Below, in pieces: positions 1 through 11,440 of a stretch of 64,000 nucleotides of DNA. The stretch lies in the NCBI GenBank assembly GCA_963845755.1, contig CAWJTV010000025.1, positions 192,001 to 256,000 on the forward strand, read 5' to 3'. Below the pieces are notes generated by a model. It was not told the origin of the DNA, ran no database searches, and saw nothing but the letters and a program-made list of their open reading frames with translations. The stretch is from an uncultured Planctomycetota bacterium (lineage in GTDB: Bacteria; Planctomycetota; Planctomycetia; Isosphaerales; Isosphaeraceae). Made by a program: the position numbers and the translations under genes. How positions within the stretch are numbered: position 1 is the stretch's first letter; each line of letters opens with the position of its first letter.

Positions 1-816
1 GATCTGGTAATAATACAGGCCCAGTCTCTCTTGCATCAGCGCGACCAGGTCGGAGAGCGAGAGCAGATGCACCAGTACGGCGAGCATGGCGGCGCCGCCG
101 CCCGGGATGATGGTGCGGACGAGCTTGGCGGCCTCCTGGACCGAGAGCGTCCCATCGAAGGACTTCCTCCTGGTGCGGAGCTCCCGCACGAAGTAGCCGG
201 GTTGCACCTCCCGTCGGATGACCTCAGCGATGGCCACCAGCCAGAAGTGGGCCTCCTCGCGGGTCATGGTCGGAGCAAGCCGGATCCTGTCCCAATTCCA
301 CATCCCGGTCTGACGATTGCGCGTCACCTTGACGACCTGGTCCAGGCAGGACTCGAGGTCGAACGGCGCCGGCTCGGGAAGGGGCCTCGCCACGCGCGGC
401 CGCCACGTCGCCCACAGCCAGTCGTCGGGATCGAGGTCGATCGAGCGGACGGTCAACAGCAGCTCGACGACTGTCGCGGCCTGGCCCTCCGGCGCGGGCT
501 CGGGTGAATGGGGAGTTGGGACCGCGGCCGCCACCTCGGCCTTGGCCGCGGGCTTCGCGCGTGCCGGCCTGGGCGCGGCCGCTGATGTCATCGTCGTGGT
601 CGTGCCGGAGGTCTCGGCATAGCCCTTCTTGACCTTTTCGGCGATCAGCTTGTCGTACGACGCCTTCGCCTCGGCCGCCGTCTTGAACTCCTTGCGCTGG
701 GACTGGCCGGCGGTGCCGATCCGGCCGAACTGGACCGTGTGCGCCGTATCGTCCAGCTCGATGGACCAGAACTTCCGGGATGTGTCTTCGATGAGCTGGA
801 ACTCGCGTCAACTCAT
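1..816 (-). pseudogene. WGR-domain protein, 5' part (runs off the window), with an in-frame TGA at codon 3
   Basis: Manual translation from ATG at 816 (RBS-like AGAGGA upstream): MS*REFQLIEDTSRKFWSIELDDTAHTVQFGRIGTAGQSQRKEFKTAAEAKASYDKLIAEKVKKGYAE is a typical WGR domain. It is followed by an Ala/Pro linker and a frame open to position 1. Missing from the ORF track. Confidence 0.8.
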
Positions 817-1012
817 GATGTCCTCTGCGTAAGTCCATCGCGGGGTAGGCGGCGAGCGGTGAAGGGTTCCGGAAAAAAGGACGAGCGGTCCCGGACCGAT
901 CGTCAGCGCCGCCGCGCCCTATTATACTCGTCGGGAGGTGAACGACGATGGATTCCACCGGAGGGCGAGGAGCCATTAGTCCCGGCCCCAGGGCAAGATG
1001 GAATCGAGTCCC

Positions 1013-1451
1013 ATGAACCCCATCATCCGCATCCTCACCCCCTGCGACGCTCCCGTACTCGACCGCGTGGCTCCGTGCGTCTTCGACCATGCCGTCGATC
1101 CCCGCTGGACGTCGGAGTTCCTGGCCGACACGCGGCATCACCTCGCCGTCGCCGTCGACGCGGACCAGGTCGTCGGCATGGCGTCGGCGGTGCACTATGT
1201 CCACCCCGACAAGCCGCCCGAGCTCTGGATCAACGAGGTCGCGGTGGCTCCGACGCATCGGGCTCAGGGCATCGGTCGCCGGCTACTCGAGGCGCTGATT
1301 CGAACGTGGCCGTAGCCTGGGCTGCCGGCAGGCGTGGGTGGCCACCGAACCGGCGAACTTGCCCGCCAGGCGTCTCTATGCGGCAGCGGGCGGCGAGGAA
1401 GCGCCCGAGCCGTTCGTCATGATCGAGTTTCGCCTGATGTCGGAAGATTAG
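1013..1451 (+). CDS. GNAT family N-acetyltransferase (frameshift near 1298)
   Basis: INEVAVAPTHRAQGIGRRLL is the acetyl-CoA motif A. The gene continues in another frame as ERGRSLGCRQAWVATEPANLPARRLYAAAGG...MIEFRLMSED*. Confidence 0.8.
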
Positions 1452-1555
1452 GCCGCCCCTCGACCGACTCGCTCCGAGCCGGTTGCCCGGCTTCCAAGTT
1501 GGCACGCTCAGTCCCGGCGTCGTTCTGCTCCCATGAATGACTGTCCGAGAGCCGT

Positions 1556-1616
1556 GTATGGTGGGTGAAACCCACCAGAGAAAGGGCCCGATCTCGGTAA
1601 GTTTCACCCACATGAC
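1556..1616. repeat. Degenerate GTAG-type REP doublet (REPIN-like)
   Basis: GTATGGTGGGTGAAACCCACC...GGTAAGTTTCACCCACATGAC, an inverted pair of the same family as 5289-5348. Confidence 0.7.
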
Positions 1617-1701
1617 AAATCTCGGATGCCGTCCTCGAACCGTTTCGGATTCCTGGCCGGCGACCGCATCGAAGTTGACCCTTCTCTCCTCAACGACCTC
1701 A

Positions 1702-2226
1702 TCAACCGACCTTCGAGTTGTCGGGTTTTGCGACGGGGGTCTCATGGACCGCCGGCTTCTTTCGCTCCGCGTCATTGGGATCGAGATAGCGGGTCGGCGT
1801 GCACTCGACATCGGGTGAGAAAGCATTTTCTTCGGAGTGGTCGGTGCGCCGATAGATAATGCGGCACTCCTTGATCTTGACGATATCCGCCTGACTCCGG
1901 CTGCTGGTGCGCCCCAGCTTCGCGATCTTTAATATTTCTGCCGGAATTTGAGGACTGATTTCGGCCGTCTTCGAGCCCTCGATCTTGAGCGTTCGAGAGC
2001 CCTCCGTAACCTCTTCCGCCCGAACGATTTCGTAACCCTCGGGGAAATGTTGGCCCATCATCTTCTCGGCCTTGCGATGGAAGTGGGTCGGCCATCGATT
2101 CGTGTTCTCGGGCATGCCGATCACGCCGTAATCCCGGTCCTGATAGACATAACGCACCGACTGAGTCGTGGCGCACCCCGAGCTGAGCAAGGCGAGCAGC
2201 GAGAGTCGAAAAACCCAGGCGCGCAT
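1702..2226 (-). CDS. Hypothetical lipoprotein
   Basis: 174-aa ORF with signal peptide and lipobox-like LLSSGC; RBS GGAGG upstream. Confidence 0.75.
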   Translation of the reverse strand: MRAWVFRLSLLALLSSGCATTQSVRYVYQDRDYGVIGMPENTNRWPTHFHRKAEKMMGQHFPEGYEIVRAEEVTEGSRTLKIEGSKTAEISPQIPAEILKIAKLGRTSSRSQADIVKIKECRIIYRRTDHSEENAFSPDVECTPTRYLDPNDAERKKPAVHETPVAKPDNSKVG

Positions 2227-2420
2227 GGTATCCTCCCCATGGCCGGCCCTGGAGGCCGCACGGTTAACTTGACGTGTCAGGCAATTTAGAGAAGTCAGAT
2301 CCGAGTCGCGGGTTGCGTCCGAGGTGCATTCCTTGTCAAGGCAAATTTCGCGCCTCAGGGGATTGTATGAGGCGGAGTCTCACCTTTCAATGGCCTTTGG
2401 AATAGACAGCCCTCAACCCT

Positions 2421-2759
2421 TCAACTTTTCTTCGCGGCGGCCTTCTTTTTCTTGGCGCCCCCGGACGGCTTGGTCGCTTTCGTCGTGGCCTTCTTCGCGA
2501 CCTTCACGGCCGCCTTCTTCGCCTCGGGCTTGGCCGCTTTCACCGTGGCCTTCTTCGCGGCGGCCGGCTTCTTGGGAGCCGCCTTCTTGGCCTTGGCCTT
2601 GGGCGACGTCTTGGCGCGTTTCGGCGGGGTCTTCCCCGTCGGCATCATCTCGCCGACCGAGTGGACGACCTTCGCTCCCGCGTCGACCACGACCTCGGCC
2701 CCTGCGGCCACGGCGTTGCCAATCTTCTCCAGGACGCCCTTGGACTTCTTCTTCGCCAT
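2421..2759 (-). CDS. Lys/Ala-rich histone H1-like basic protein
   Basis: MAKKKSKGVLEKIG...KAKAKKAAPKKPAAAKKATVKAAKPEAKKAAVKVAKK..., 112 aa. Confidence 0.75.
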   Translation of the reverse strand: MAKKKSKGVLEKIGNAVAAGAEVVVDAGAKVVHSVGEMMPTGKTPPKRAKTSPKAKAKKAAPKKPAAAKKATVKAAKPEAKKAAVKVAKKATTKATKPSGGAKKKKAAAKKS

Positions 2760-3078
2760 CGGATGCCTCTTGGGTGTTGAAGGGACCTCCCTATCCGAGA
2801 ATGGACCGACACGACCGGCGGCCCGCGCATCCGTCATGCGCTCTATTAGAGCACGTTCGAGGCCGAATCGGTGCGCGATTTCCTGGATTTGGGCAAGAGA
2901 CTGTTCCAGAAATGATGGTTATTCGGCCGTGATCACGATAGGCTCATCGGTCCGGTAATCTCGGAACGGATCTCGGCACCGACGGGCCACGTCGATTTTG
3001 CCGTAGTATCCCCTTGCCTCGGGCAACCGGCTGGCCTCCAATGAGGGTCCTCGAATCGCCGTCGGAGGGAGGTCGATC

Positions 3079-5251
3079 ATGGTGCGCTCGGGTTCGCTAA
3101 CGGTTCGCGGAATCATCACCGTGCTGGTCCTGATGGGCTTACATGGACAGTGCGGCCCAGCACACGGCCGTCCGGCCGGAGCCGTCGAGGTCGACCTCAA
3201 CGGGCTCGGGGTCGTGCTGGACGAGAAGTCGGGGAGCCTGTTACGGCTATCGTATCCCGGGATCGGGACGATCCTCGAGGCCGCGCCCGGGAGCGGCAGC
3301 CTCATCGACCTGGCCTATCCCGTCCCCGATTTCGAGCCGCTGCGCCTGGCGCCGCGGTTCTCGGAGGGGGCCGAGGTCCGCGCTTCGGGCGGGCGCGTCG
3401 AGATCGCCTGGAAGGCCATGGGGCCGAGCCGGCCATTCAAGCTGGAGGGCCGTGTCGCCGTCACCGTCCGGCTCCGGGCGCACGACGACGGCCGATCGGT
3501 CGTGATGAGCTGCACGGTCGAGAACCATTCGCCCGTAGCGGTGCGCCAGGTCCTCTTCCCCGACCTCGCCGGCCTGCGGCCGTTCGCAGGCGAACGGGGA
3601 ACGCAGTTCCGCACGGCGGGCTTCGCAAGCCGGCCGTTCGAGGAGCTGAAGCGGCCCGAGCACGGGGCGCCGTTCTATGCGCCCGACTCCGCCGGCGGTG
3701 CCGTCGAATATGCCTCGGGCGGCTACTTCGGCTCCACGCCGATGATCGCGAAATGGATGGACTTCGGCGGCCTCAAAGGCGGCTTCAGCCTGTTCCGCCG
3801 GCGGTGGAGCTTCGAGCCCGACAATGCGGACGACGCCGTGCAGGAGCGGGTGCGCCTGCACCTCTCGGAGCTCGACCAGACGTTGCGGCTGATGTGCGTC
3901 CACAAGGTGAACCTCGCGCAGGGCCAGACGTGGACGAGCGAGGAATACGTGCTCACGCCCCACCGTGCCGGCTGGGCCGCCGGGATCGTGCCCTACCGCG
4001 CGTGGGTCAAGGAGCACCTGAAGCGCGAGCATCCCGTGCCCGACCACGTCCGCAAGGGCCTGGGATTCCGCACGATCTGGATGTCGCAGAACTATCCGAA
4101 CGTGCCCGGCGGCGACCACAACTTCCGATTCGCCGACCTGCCGATGCTGGCCCGCGAGTCGAAGGAGCACGGCATCGACGAACTGTGCCTCTGGGATTGG
4201 AACCTGGGCCTTCAGGTCCCGATCCCTCCGCCGTATCCCTCGGTCGGTACCGAGAAGGACCTGGTCAACGCGGTGGCCGAGTGCAAGCGGCTGGGCGTCA
4301 ACGTGAACCTGTTCATCTCCGTCATGGGCCTGGCCAACCCCAGCGCCCGGAGTTACGGCCTGACTCCTCCCGAGGAAGGCGGCTGGACGTATCACACCGA
4401 GTTCATCCCCCGGTTCCGGCCCGACTACGGCAAGGGGTTGTTGACCGCCTACATCAGCCCGACGAACCCGCGCTGGCAACGGGAGGTGCTCGCGTCGTGC
4501 CGGCATCTGATCGACCTGGGCTGCCCGTCGATCGGCTGGGACCAGTTCGCCGATTCGCCGACCCAGCCGAGCCTCTTCACCCTCATCCCGGAGGTCCGCA
4601 GGTTGGCCAAACGGCGCGACCCGCAATCCACGCTCAACGGCGAGTCGGCCAGCAACATCGACAACGACGCGCGCTACCTCGATTACACCTGGGACTGGTT
4701 CAGCTACCCGGCCACCGGCGACCCCCGCCCGTTCGCCAGCGCCTACCCGGCCCCCCGGCTGAACATCGGCATCGACCGCTCGCCCCGCGACGTGCGCCTC
4801 GGCTTCATGGACAACCTCTACCTGAACCTGATGCCCTCCAGGCCAGGGGGCACCAACGGCTCGGGCCGGATCACCAGCTACCCCGCGCTGGGCCAGGCCC
4901 TGAAGCAATGCGCCCGCCTGCGAGCGCAGTTCCTCCCTTATTTCACCGAAGGGACGCCGATCGGCGATTGCCTCCTCTCCGAGGAGAGCACCGGCGCCCA
5001 CGTCAGCGCCTACGTCCTGCCCGGCAAGGCCCTGCTGATCGTCTTCAATGAGGTCGACGACGCGCCCGATCCCCGTGTCCTGCGACCTGGCCCCGTGGAT
5101 CGAATCGGCCAGTGGAAAGTACGAGGCCCGCTCCTTCGACATAGCCGGCCAGCCGCTGGGCGTCGAGCCGATCGATCGCCCCGCCTGGCGGACCCAGACC
5201 CCGCGGCTGGAGCGCTACGGGTTGGTCCTCTACGAAATCGAAGCGCGATGA
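3079..5251 (+). CDS. Secreted putative glycoside-hydrolase-like protein (DUF6259-like); frameshift near 5065
   Basis: Signal peptide, beta-rich N-terminal region and TIM-barrel-like core (FADLPMLARESKEHGIDELCLWDW...GTEKDLVNAVAECKRLGVNVNLF...SIGWDQF). The plausible C-terminus is in ORF 5048-5251. Confidence 0.6.
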
Positions 5252-5288
5252 GACTCTGAGAACCGTCCGGGTACGACATCCGGCCTTT

Positions 5289-5348
5289 GTAGGGTGGGTG
5301 AAACCCACCAGGATCGGCCCACTTCCTGGTGGGTTTCACCCACCCGAC
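5289..5348. repeat. GTAG-type REP doublet (REPIN-like)
   Basis: GTAGGGTGGGTGAAACCCACCAGGA...TCCTGGTGGGTTTCACCCACCCGAC; each arm is itself a hairpin. Confidence 0.85.
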
Positions 5349-5491
5349 TCAGTCCTCGGATCGTCTCGAAGCCCATAATCGGCCCTCGCGATCTCCAGAA
5401 GCATCGTGTCGTCGATATGGCGGCGAGCGCAATCGAGCCAGAGTTCAGCGGACGCGGGAAGCGCGGCGATCAGCGCGGCGGGGAGGTCCAT
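5336..5491 (-). pseudogene. 5' gene fragment ending inside the REP doublet
   Basis: ATG at 5491 with a purine-rich RBS, directly downstream of the Uma2 gene. MDLPAALIAALPASAELWLDCARRHIDDTMLLEIARADYGLRDD reads as protein-like, and the frame stops inside the repeat. Confidence 0.45.
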
Positions 5492-5525
5492 CACCACCCA
5501 CTCTCCTTCGACCGCCGATCGCCGA

Positions 5526-6213
5526 TCATGGTCCCTCTTGGTCCCCTCCAGGCCCTGGCGTCAACGTCGGGACCCACTCGCGCAGCGACTGTCCCCAGCG
5601 CGACTCGGGAACCCCACGACAGAGGGCCAAGGCATGGAGGACTCGCTCGGGCGTCAACAAGGGCAGGCAATCGCTCCGCGGGATCGGAGTGTAAGTCCCG
5701 TCAACCTGGAGGCGACCAAACCAGAGCGAGCCGGTCCGGGCATCGTAGCGCCAGACTTCGGGGACTCGCAAGGCGGCGTAGATCGGTAGCTTGTCCCGCG
5801 AGTCGTTGGAGTCGTCAACCTCGATCGCCAGGTCGGGCGGCGGGTCAACGGCCAGATCGATCTCGTCCTTGTCGCGGATCAAGGGCTCGTGGGCGAGATA
5901 GAAACACGTGTCGGATTCTTTGCCGGCCTCATCGTCTTCTCGGCGAAGCGTCGTGGAACCGGCGCAGGCAGGGGATACCCAGCGCGACCACGAGTTCCCA
6001 CACCACGCGGTCGAGTCGTCGGTTGTACTTCTCATGGCGGTATCGCGGGGACGTGAGCTCGAGGGTTCCTCGATAGTACTCCATCCGCAAGTGGCGGTGG
6101 GCGTCATCATCGCGCAGTCCGACGTAGACGCCCCAGGCCACGTTGTGCAGCACCACCCGATCGGCGTCCTTCAAGAGCTCGTCGATTGGCGGAATACGGG
6201 TCGTGGTTGACAT
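5526..6213 (-). CDS. Uma2 family (DUF820) putative endonuclease; frameshift near 5968
   Basis: VVLHNVAWGVY...LRMEYYRGTLELTSP..HE, then AGSTTLRR...GKESDTCFY...DPPPDLAIEVD...KLPIYAALRVPEVWRYD. Confidence 0.9.
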
Positions 6214-6435
6214 GGTGACCCCTCCCTCAAGCACCAGGGGTTATCCCCGAAGACGGTCAGGATCAGCCTACCAGGATTTGACCGGTTGTTCCATCAGACC
6301 TCATGATCCATCCCATCGGCTAGCCGGCTCGCGATGGATAGGAACGGATGTTGGACCAATTGGGCCGATGGAGGCTCCTGAGGCAGGCGCGATCCCCGAA
6401 GAACTGGGCGTGGCTCCCGGATGACAGGGAGCGGC

Positions 6436-9400
6436 TCATGGGGAATCGCCGGAGTCTTCGCTCTCTCCCGGACCGTTCTCGTTTTTCTCGGCTTCCTTCT
6501 CCGCTCGGAGGTTTTCGATGGCGGCAGCCACCTTGTCCTCCCAGGGGAACTTTTCATCCTTCGCCGGGTCGTAGGGCGGCAGGTTGGGAATCTCGACGCC
6601 AAGTTGCGTCAGCAGGGCCGTGGCTTTGTTCAATTCGTAGCGGCGGACGTAAGGCTCCCCATCAGCCCAGGCCCGATGGTAGGCGGCGAGGGCGTGTTTC
6701 TTCGCTTGCTTGGGGTCGCCGATGGCCAGCCAGAGTTCGGCGAGTGCGAGACTGTTGATGTAGCTGGCCTCGGCGAGTTGCTCGGCCTCGCGCCGGGGAT
6801 CTTCGAGCTGGCCGAGATGAAACCGGGCGAGCGCGAGCTGCGTCTCGGCCTTCGCATCGATCGTGTTGACTTCGCGGGCCATGCGCACGGCCTCATGGAG
6901 ACTCTTGGCGGCAAGGGCCCACTGGCCCTGCTCGATCTGCCACACGCCCCGCAAGCCGTGAAGGTCTCGCACGGTCATGCGGTTCTTGCCTTCCATTGCC
7001 GATCGCTCGGCAGCGGCAAGATGCTCTTCCCGCAAATCTCCCTTCTGAAACTGAAACCGAGCGTAATCACACTCCGCCATGCCGGGACGGTAGATTTCAC
7101 GCCCCCAATCGCGCCCCATGGGATCAAGAAGGTGCCAGATGGCTTCGGCGTCAGCCCATCGACCTGTGATAAAGAAACTGGCAAAGCGCAACAGCCGGTA
7201 GATGAAAAGGTGTTCGTCGGCGTCCGTCAAGACGGCTAGATCTTGAATCAGTGAGAAGAACGCGTTCCACCTTACTGAGAAGATTCTGAGTTGTTAGATT
7301 ACTAGATATGTTTCTTAAAGTAGTTGCCACATATTCTAAATTTCTTAATCTCCAGATAGGCGAGAAGGGCAGCACCGTAGGCGGCGAGTGCTTCTTTCGG
7401 TTCGATCAGAGTAATCCAGAATGAGGGCAGCATCGTTTGTCAGATAAGATCCGTAATCCTCATCCACAGCACTGGGCAGCGTGTCCCAGCCGTTGCGGAA
7501 GAAAGGCTGCAGCAGAGACAAAGACTCCGCATAGGCTTCCAGGTTGAAGAAGAGCGCATTGGACAGGTCACCTCGGTAAGCATCGTAAGCCTCCTGGAAT
7601 CGCCCCATCTTGAGGAGAGTCCGAACCACATGGAGGCCATCGCGGAGGTCATCCAGAGTCTCCGCCTGCTCGTAGGGGTTGTGGGTCTGCTGGGAGAAGT
7701 AGTCCACGACGCGTTGGCCATACTGGTCTCGTTCGTCCGCCCGAAGCCCGCCCGGAGCGACGCCGCGTACGACGGGGTGGAGGTCATACCGTTTGACCCG
7801 GCCATCGTATTGCAGCAGCCCCCGGCGCTCCAGGTCACGGACCGTTTTTTCCAGTTCCTTCGGGGCAGCGAGGTATTCTGGTGATCGGAGCCGTGCCTCA
7901 ACAGCCTGTTCGTATTCCTTCCGGCGCTGAAGGGCGGCTTGATACTCTTGACGTTCCTCCGTCTTCTCCTCGTCCGAGTTGTATTCCCACCGCCACGAGT
8001 GTTCAGGATGTTCAGGTTCCTCCACCTCCTCCGGCTCAGGCGGCAGGTGGGGATTGAGGGCGAGGAGTGTGGGAGAATCCACGGCTTCCGACAGGAGAGC
8101 CAGCGTGGAGAGAAGCTGGCGGCTTTTATCGGACAACGCGTCGAGGCCCGCTTTGAGGATGTGATTGCGCCTCTGGATCAGATCGAGGTCAGCGAGGTTG
8201 AGCTGGCCGCCGCCCGTAGGATCGTCGGCCCAGGCATCGAAATTCCCTCGATCCTTGAAGTAATCGTTGATGAGACCCGCCAGGACACCGATGACCAGCG
8301 GATGGCAATCGCAGTTTTTCGTGAGGTAGTCCTGAATCGCCCGGGAGTCGCCCCTGACACCACAAGAGCGGAGAAGCTCTTCGGCGTCCGCGGGACGCAG
8401 GCCGGGAAGGGAGATGCGCTGAACGCCCGGGATGGCCTGACCTGCCGCATTCAGCAGGACACGGGGCACGAGCCGGGAGCTGATGAGCACCTTGGACGGG
8501 GCGACGGAAGCGAGGGCGCGGAGTAAGTCATCGTCCTCGGGCCGGATCGCGGCGCAGGGGTCGCGCGCGGCGATCTTATCGGTCGGCCTGTTGGCTTCTT
8601 CATCAGGGACCTCGGCCGCGTCGATGCGATGGTAAGCGACGAGCACACGCTCCAGGCCATCGAGGATGAACAGCCACGGGCTCTGCCTGAAGATAGCGGA
8701 GAAGCCATTCCGCCAGTTCCGGAGTCTTTTTCTTGGCAAAGTCTTCCAGCGGTCGACCGGTGATATAGGCCAGGGCACGCCGACAGAAGTCGGCCATGAT
8801 GGCCCCCTTCTCATAGAAGGAGTACCAGAAGCGGCCCTCCCAATCGGTGCGAACCCGGGTCGCGTGTTGGTTCGTCCACTCCCAGGTCAGCATGCTCTTG
8901 CCGTTGCCCCCAATGGCCTCGAACAACAGGACGGTATGAGGGTTGGCTGGCTGGGCCCAGTCACTCAGGACGTCGAGTTGAGCCTGACGGCCAATGAAGC
9001 TGGTTCGAAGTGATATAGACGGGCTCAGCGTAGAAGGCCGGGAGGTTTGGGGATGGGGACGTGATCGGCGGATCTCCGTCCACGGTCCCCGGTTCGACCG
9101 GTTGATTCCGATTGTGCATCCAGATGGCGACGGAGTTCGGCGAGAGACGGGCCGATCTTTTCCTGGAACTCTTCGAGGCTATCGAACGTCGCATACACGC
9201 GATGCACCAACGAATCGGCCGTCATCTTCTTGGCCCGTTCCCGGAAGGTATTCAGCTTCTTCCGTTTCGCGGCGATGGTCTCGACATGGTCCTTCTGCAC
9301 GAGATGGTCGTCGCCCATGATGAATAGCAGGATGGGACGACCCAGGCGCAGTGCTTCATTGAACTCGAGCTCGGTGATGGAGAGGTTGTCGGGATTGCGG

Positions 9401-9655
9401 TCAGGGCATTTGGGTATCTGGCCATATTTCTGGCTGATGACACCAATGTAGGCCGAGCCATCACGAACCATCTGGAGTGAGGAATCGAGGACGTCAATGA
9501 GTTTGGCCGAATCGTTCTCCATGGCGACAGCGGTCATCCCCTTCGCCTGTGATTGCCTTGATCAAAACGGCGCGATGGTCCTTCAAATCCGTGAAGGTGC
9601 TCGATACCGTGACCCCAGGAAAAAGCCGTGGAGCGTGTTGATCGTCGGTCGTCAT
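6436..9655 (-). CDS. DUF4062 - P-loop (STAND-like) NTPase - TPR protein, split by several frameshifts
   Basis: N-terminus VSSTFTDLKDHRAVL...AYIGVISQKYG...SITELEFNEA (DUF4062). Walker A EAIGGNGKS, Walker B LFILDGLE, winged-helix YDLHPVVR and C-terminal TPR-like helices. Pieces: 9542-9655, 9025-9537, 8603-8926, 7345-8814, 6436-7230. Confidence 0.8.
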
Positions 9656-9882
9656 AACGCCCTCGGATCGAATACGTGAGGACTTATCGCTTATGGTGTG
9701 CTTCGACTGGAAAAGCCATTATCCCATCCTATCGACTCGACGGAAAGAGGGCCGTCGCCAGGCGATCGGCTACGATTCCTCCGGCTTGGAGCAGACGACG
9801 CAATGGCTGCCGAGACGGTCGTAGGCCGACCGGAACATGCGGATGGACCTTCGCACGATCTGGGCCGGTGGGAGGGGATTAT

Positions 9883-9986
9883 CTCGTTCCCACGCTCCTG
9901 CGTGGGAATGCCGTCCCGGCCGCTCTGCGGCCCCGGCGACGCGGAGCGTCGCACCCGGACGTTCCCACGCAGAGCATGGGAACGAG
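9883..9986. repeat. REP doublet of the CTCGTTCCCACGC...GTGGGAACGAG family
   Basis: Terminal inverted arms CTCGTTCCCACGCTCCTGCGTGGGAATG / GTTCCCACGCAGAGCATGGGAACGAG; second copy at 15919-16037. Confidence 0.85.
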
Positions 9987-10038
9987 AATTCCCCTGGCGT
10001 CAGGAAGATGCCAGGCCCTGGCAAAAGAATGAACGCAT

Positions 10039-10071
10039 TCCTCTCTGTGCTCTCTGTGTCCTCTGCGGTGA
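10039..10071. repeat. Short CTCTGTG-type tandem repeat
   Basis: TCCTCTCTGTGCTCTCTGTGTCCTCTGCGGTGA in intergenic DNA. Confidence 0.5.
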
Positions 10072-10189
10072 GTCTCTTCTAATTGGTTGCGACTCGGCCG
10101 CGCCGTGAGCACCGGCTTGTCCGTGCCCGTCTGCCTCGGTGTTCACGGAACGCCCTACCCACCGCATTCCCGGCTTCGCGTACACCTTT

Positions 10190-11271
10190 TCAAGTCAGCC
10201 GCACCGTGTGCCCGGTCGCGGCGGAGCGGCGGGCGGCGTCGAGGATCTCGGTGACGACCAGGTTATTCTGGAGCGACGAGAGCCCCGAGGGTTGGATCTC
10301 ACCCCGCACGACGGCGGCGAAATAGCGCAAGAAGTCGTCCCCGGGCGGCGCGAGCGGCGCCGACTGTCGGATCTCCTCCGGCTTCCCCGGCAAGCGGACT
10401 CGCAATCCGTTTTGCCCCATCGTCAGGGCCTGGCCGGTCCGGCCATAGACCTCCATGTCCTTCCGGTCGAACGGCCAGTTCCACGACGCCTGGATGATCG
10501 CCTGCGCCTGGGGATACTCCAGGATGATCGTCGCCTCGTCGTTGACCCGCGCGTAGATCTCGGGCTTGATCCGCTGAGTCACGGCGGTCACGGAGACCGG
10601 CCGCGCGTCGTCCATCAGCCAGGTCATCAGGTTGGCACCGTAGCAGCCGAAGTCGAAGAGCGCCCCGGCGCCGTTCTTCTCCGGGTCGGTGAGCCACGCC
10701 AGGAACTCGGGCTGCACGCCGATCTCCCTGGGCCCGCGATGCCCGGCGTGGACCACGACCTTGCGGATCTCGCCCAGCGCCTTCTCGTGCCTGGCCAGGG
10801 CATACGCCGCGTGATTGGACGGGTACCAGGTCGTCTCGTAGTTCACCAGCACGGGGATGCCGCCCTCGGCCGCGGCCCGCTCGATGGCGCGGGCCGGCTC
10901 CATGCCGACGGCGAGGGGCTTCTCCATCATCACCGGGATCTTGCGCCGGCGCAGGCGGCGACGACGGCGGGATGGCCGGCGGTGCTGGTGAAGGCGACCA
11001 CGGCCTGCGGCTTCGCCTTCTCGAGCATCGCCTCGAGCGATGGATAGATCGTCCCCGGGTCGGGCCGCGAGCGCCTGATGTATCGCTCGGCGACCGCGCG
11101 GTCGGGCTCGGAGATGCCGACCAGCTCGATGTCCGCTGAGCCTCGATAGCGCGCGAGGAACCCCGCCGCATGGCCGTGTTCCAACCCGGCCATGCCGAGC
11201 CTCAAGGGAGGGGCCGCCGCCCCGCACATCGCCCCGGCTGCCAGGGTCTCAAGGAACGTCCTGCGTCTCAT
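10190..11271 (-). CDS. Gfo/Idh/MocA family oxidoreductase with Tat-like signal; frameshift near 10945
   Basis: MRRRTFLETLAAGA signal, LRLGMAGLEHGH, MMEKPLA and GAGALFDFGCYG. Confidence 0.9.
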
Positions 11272-11374
11272 CCGCGGCTCCTTTCGTGGCTCGTGCTTCG
11301 TCCACCGTCACGCGAGAGATACCGATTGTACCGCGACCGAATCCCGGGCGATATTTTCCGGCGGGGGCCGTCTC

Positions 11375-11440
11375 GTAGGGTGCTCTGTGAGCACCGAATT
11401 TGGCAAAGGACACCGTCTCGGTGCTCACAGAGCACCCTAC
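11375..11440. repeat. GTAG-type REP doublet, second sequence class
   Basis: Perfect 23-bp inverted repeat GTAGGGTGCTCTGTGAGCACCGA / TCGGTGCTCACAGAGCACCCTAC. Confidence 0.9.

Noticed and set aside
808..810. Selenocysteine or genetic-code reassignment at the WGR TGA
   Set aside because: The position corresponds to Arg rather than Cys or Trp, and TGA terminates many genes in this window.
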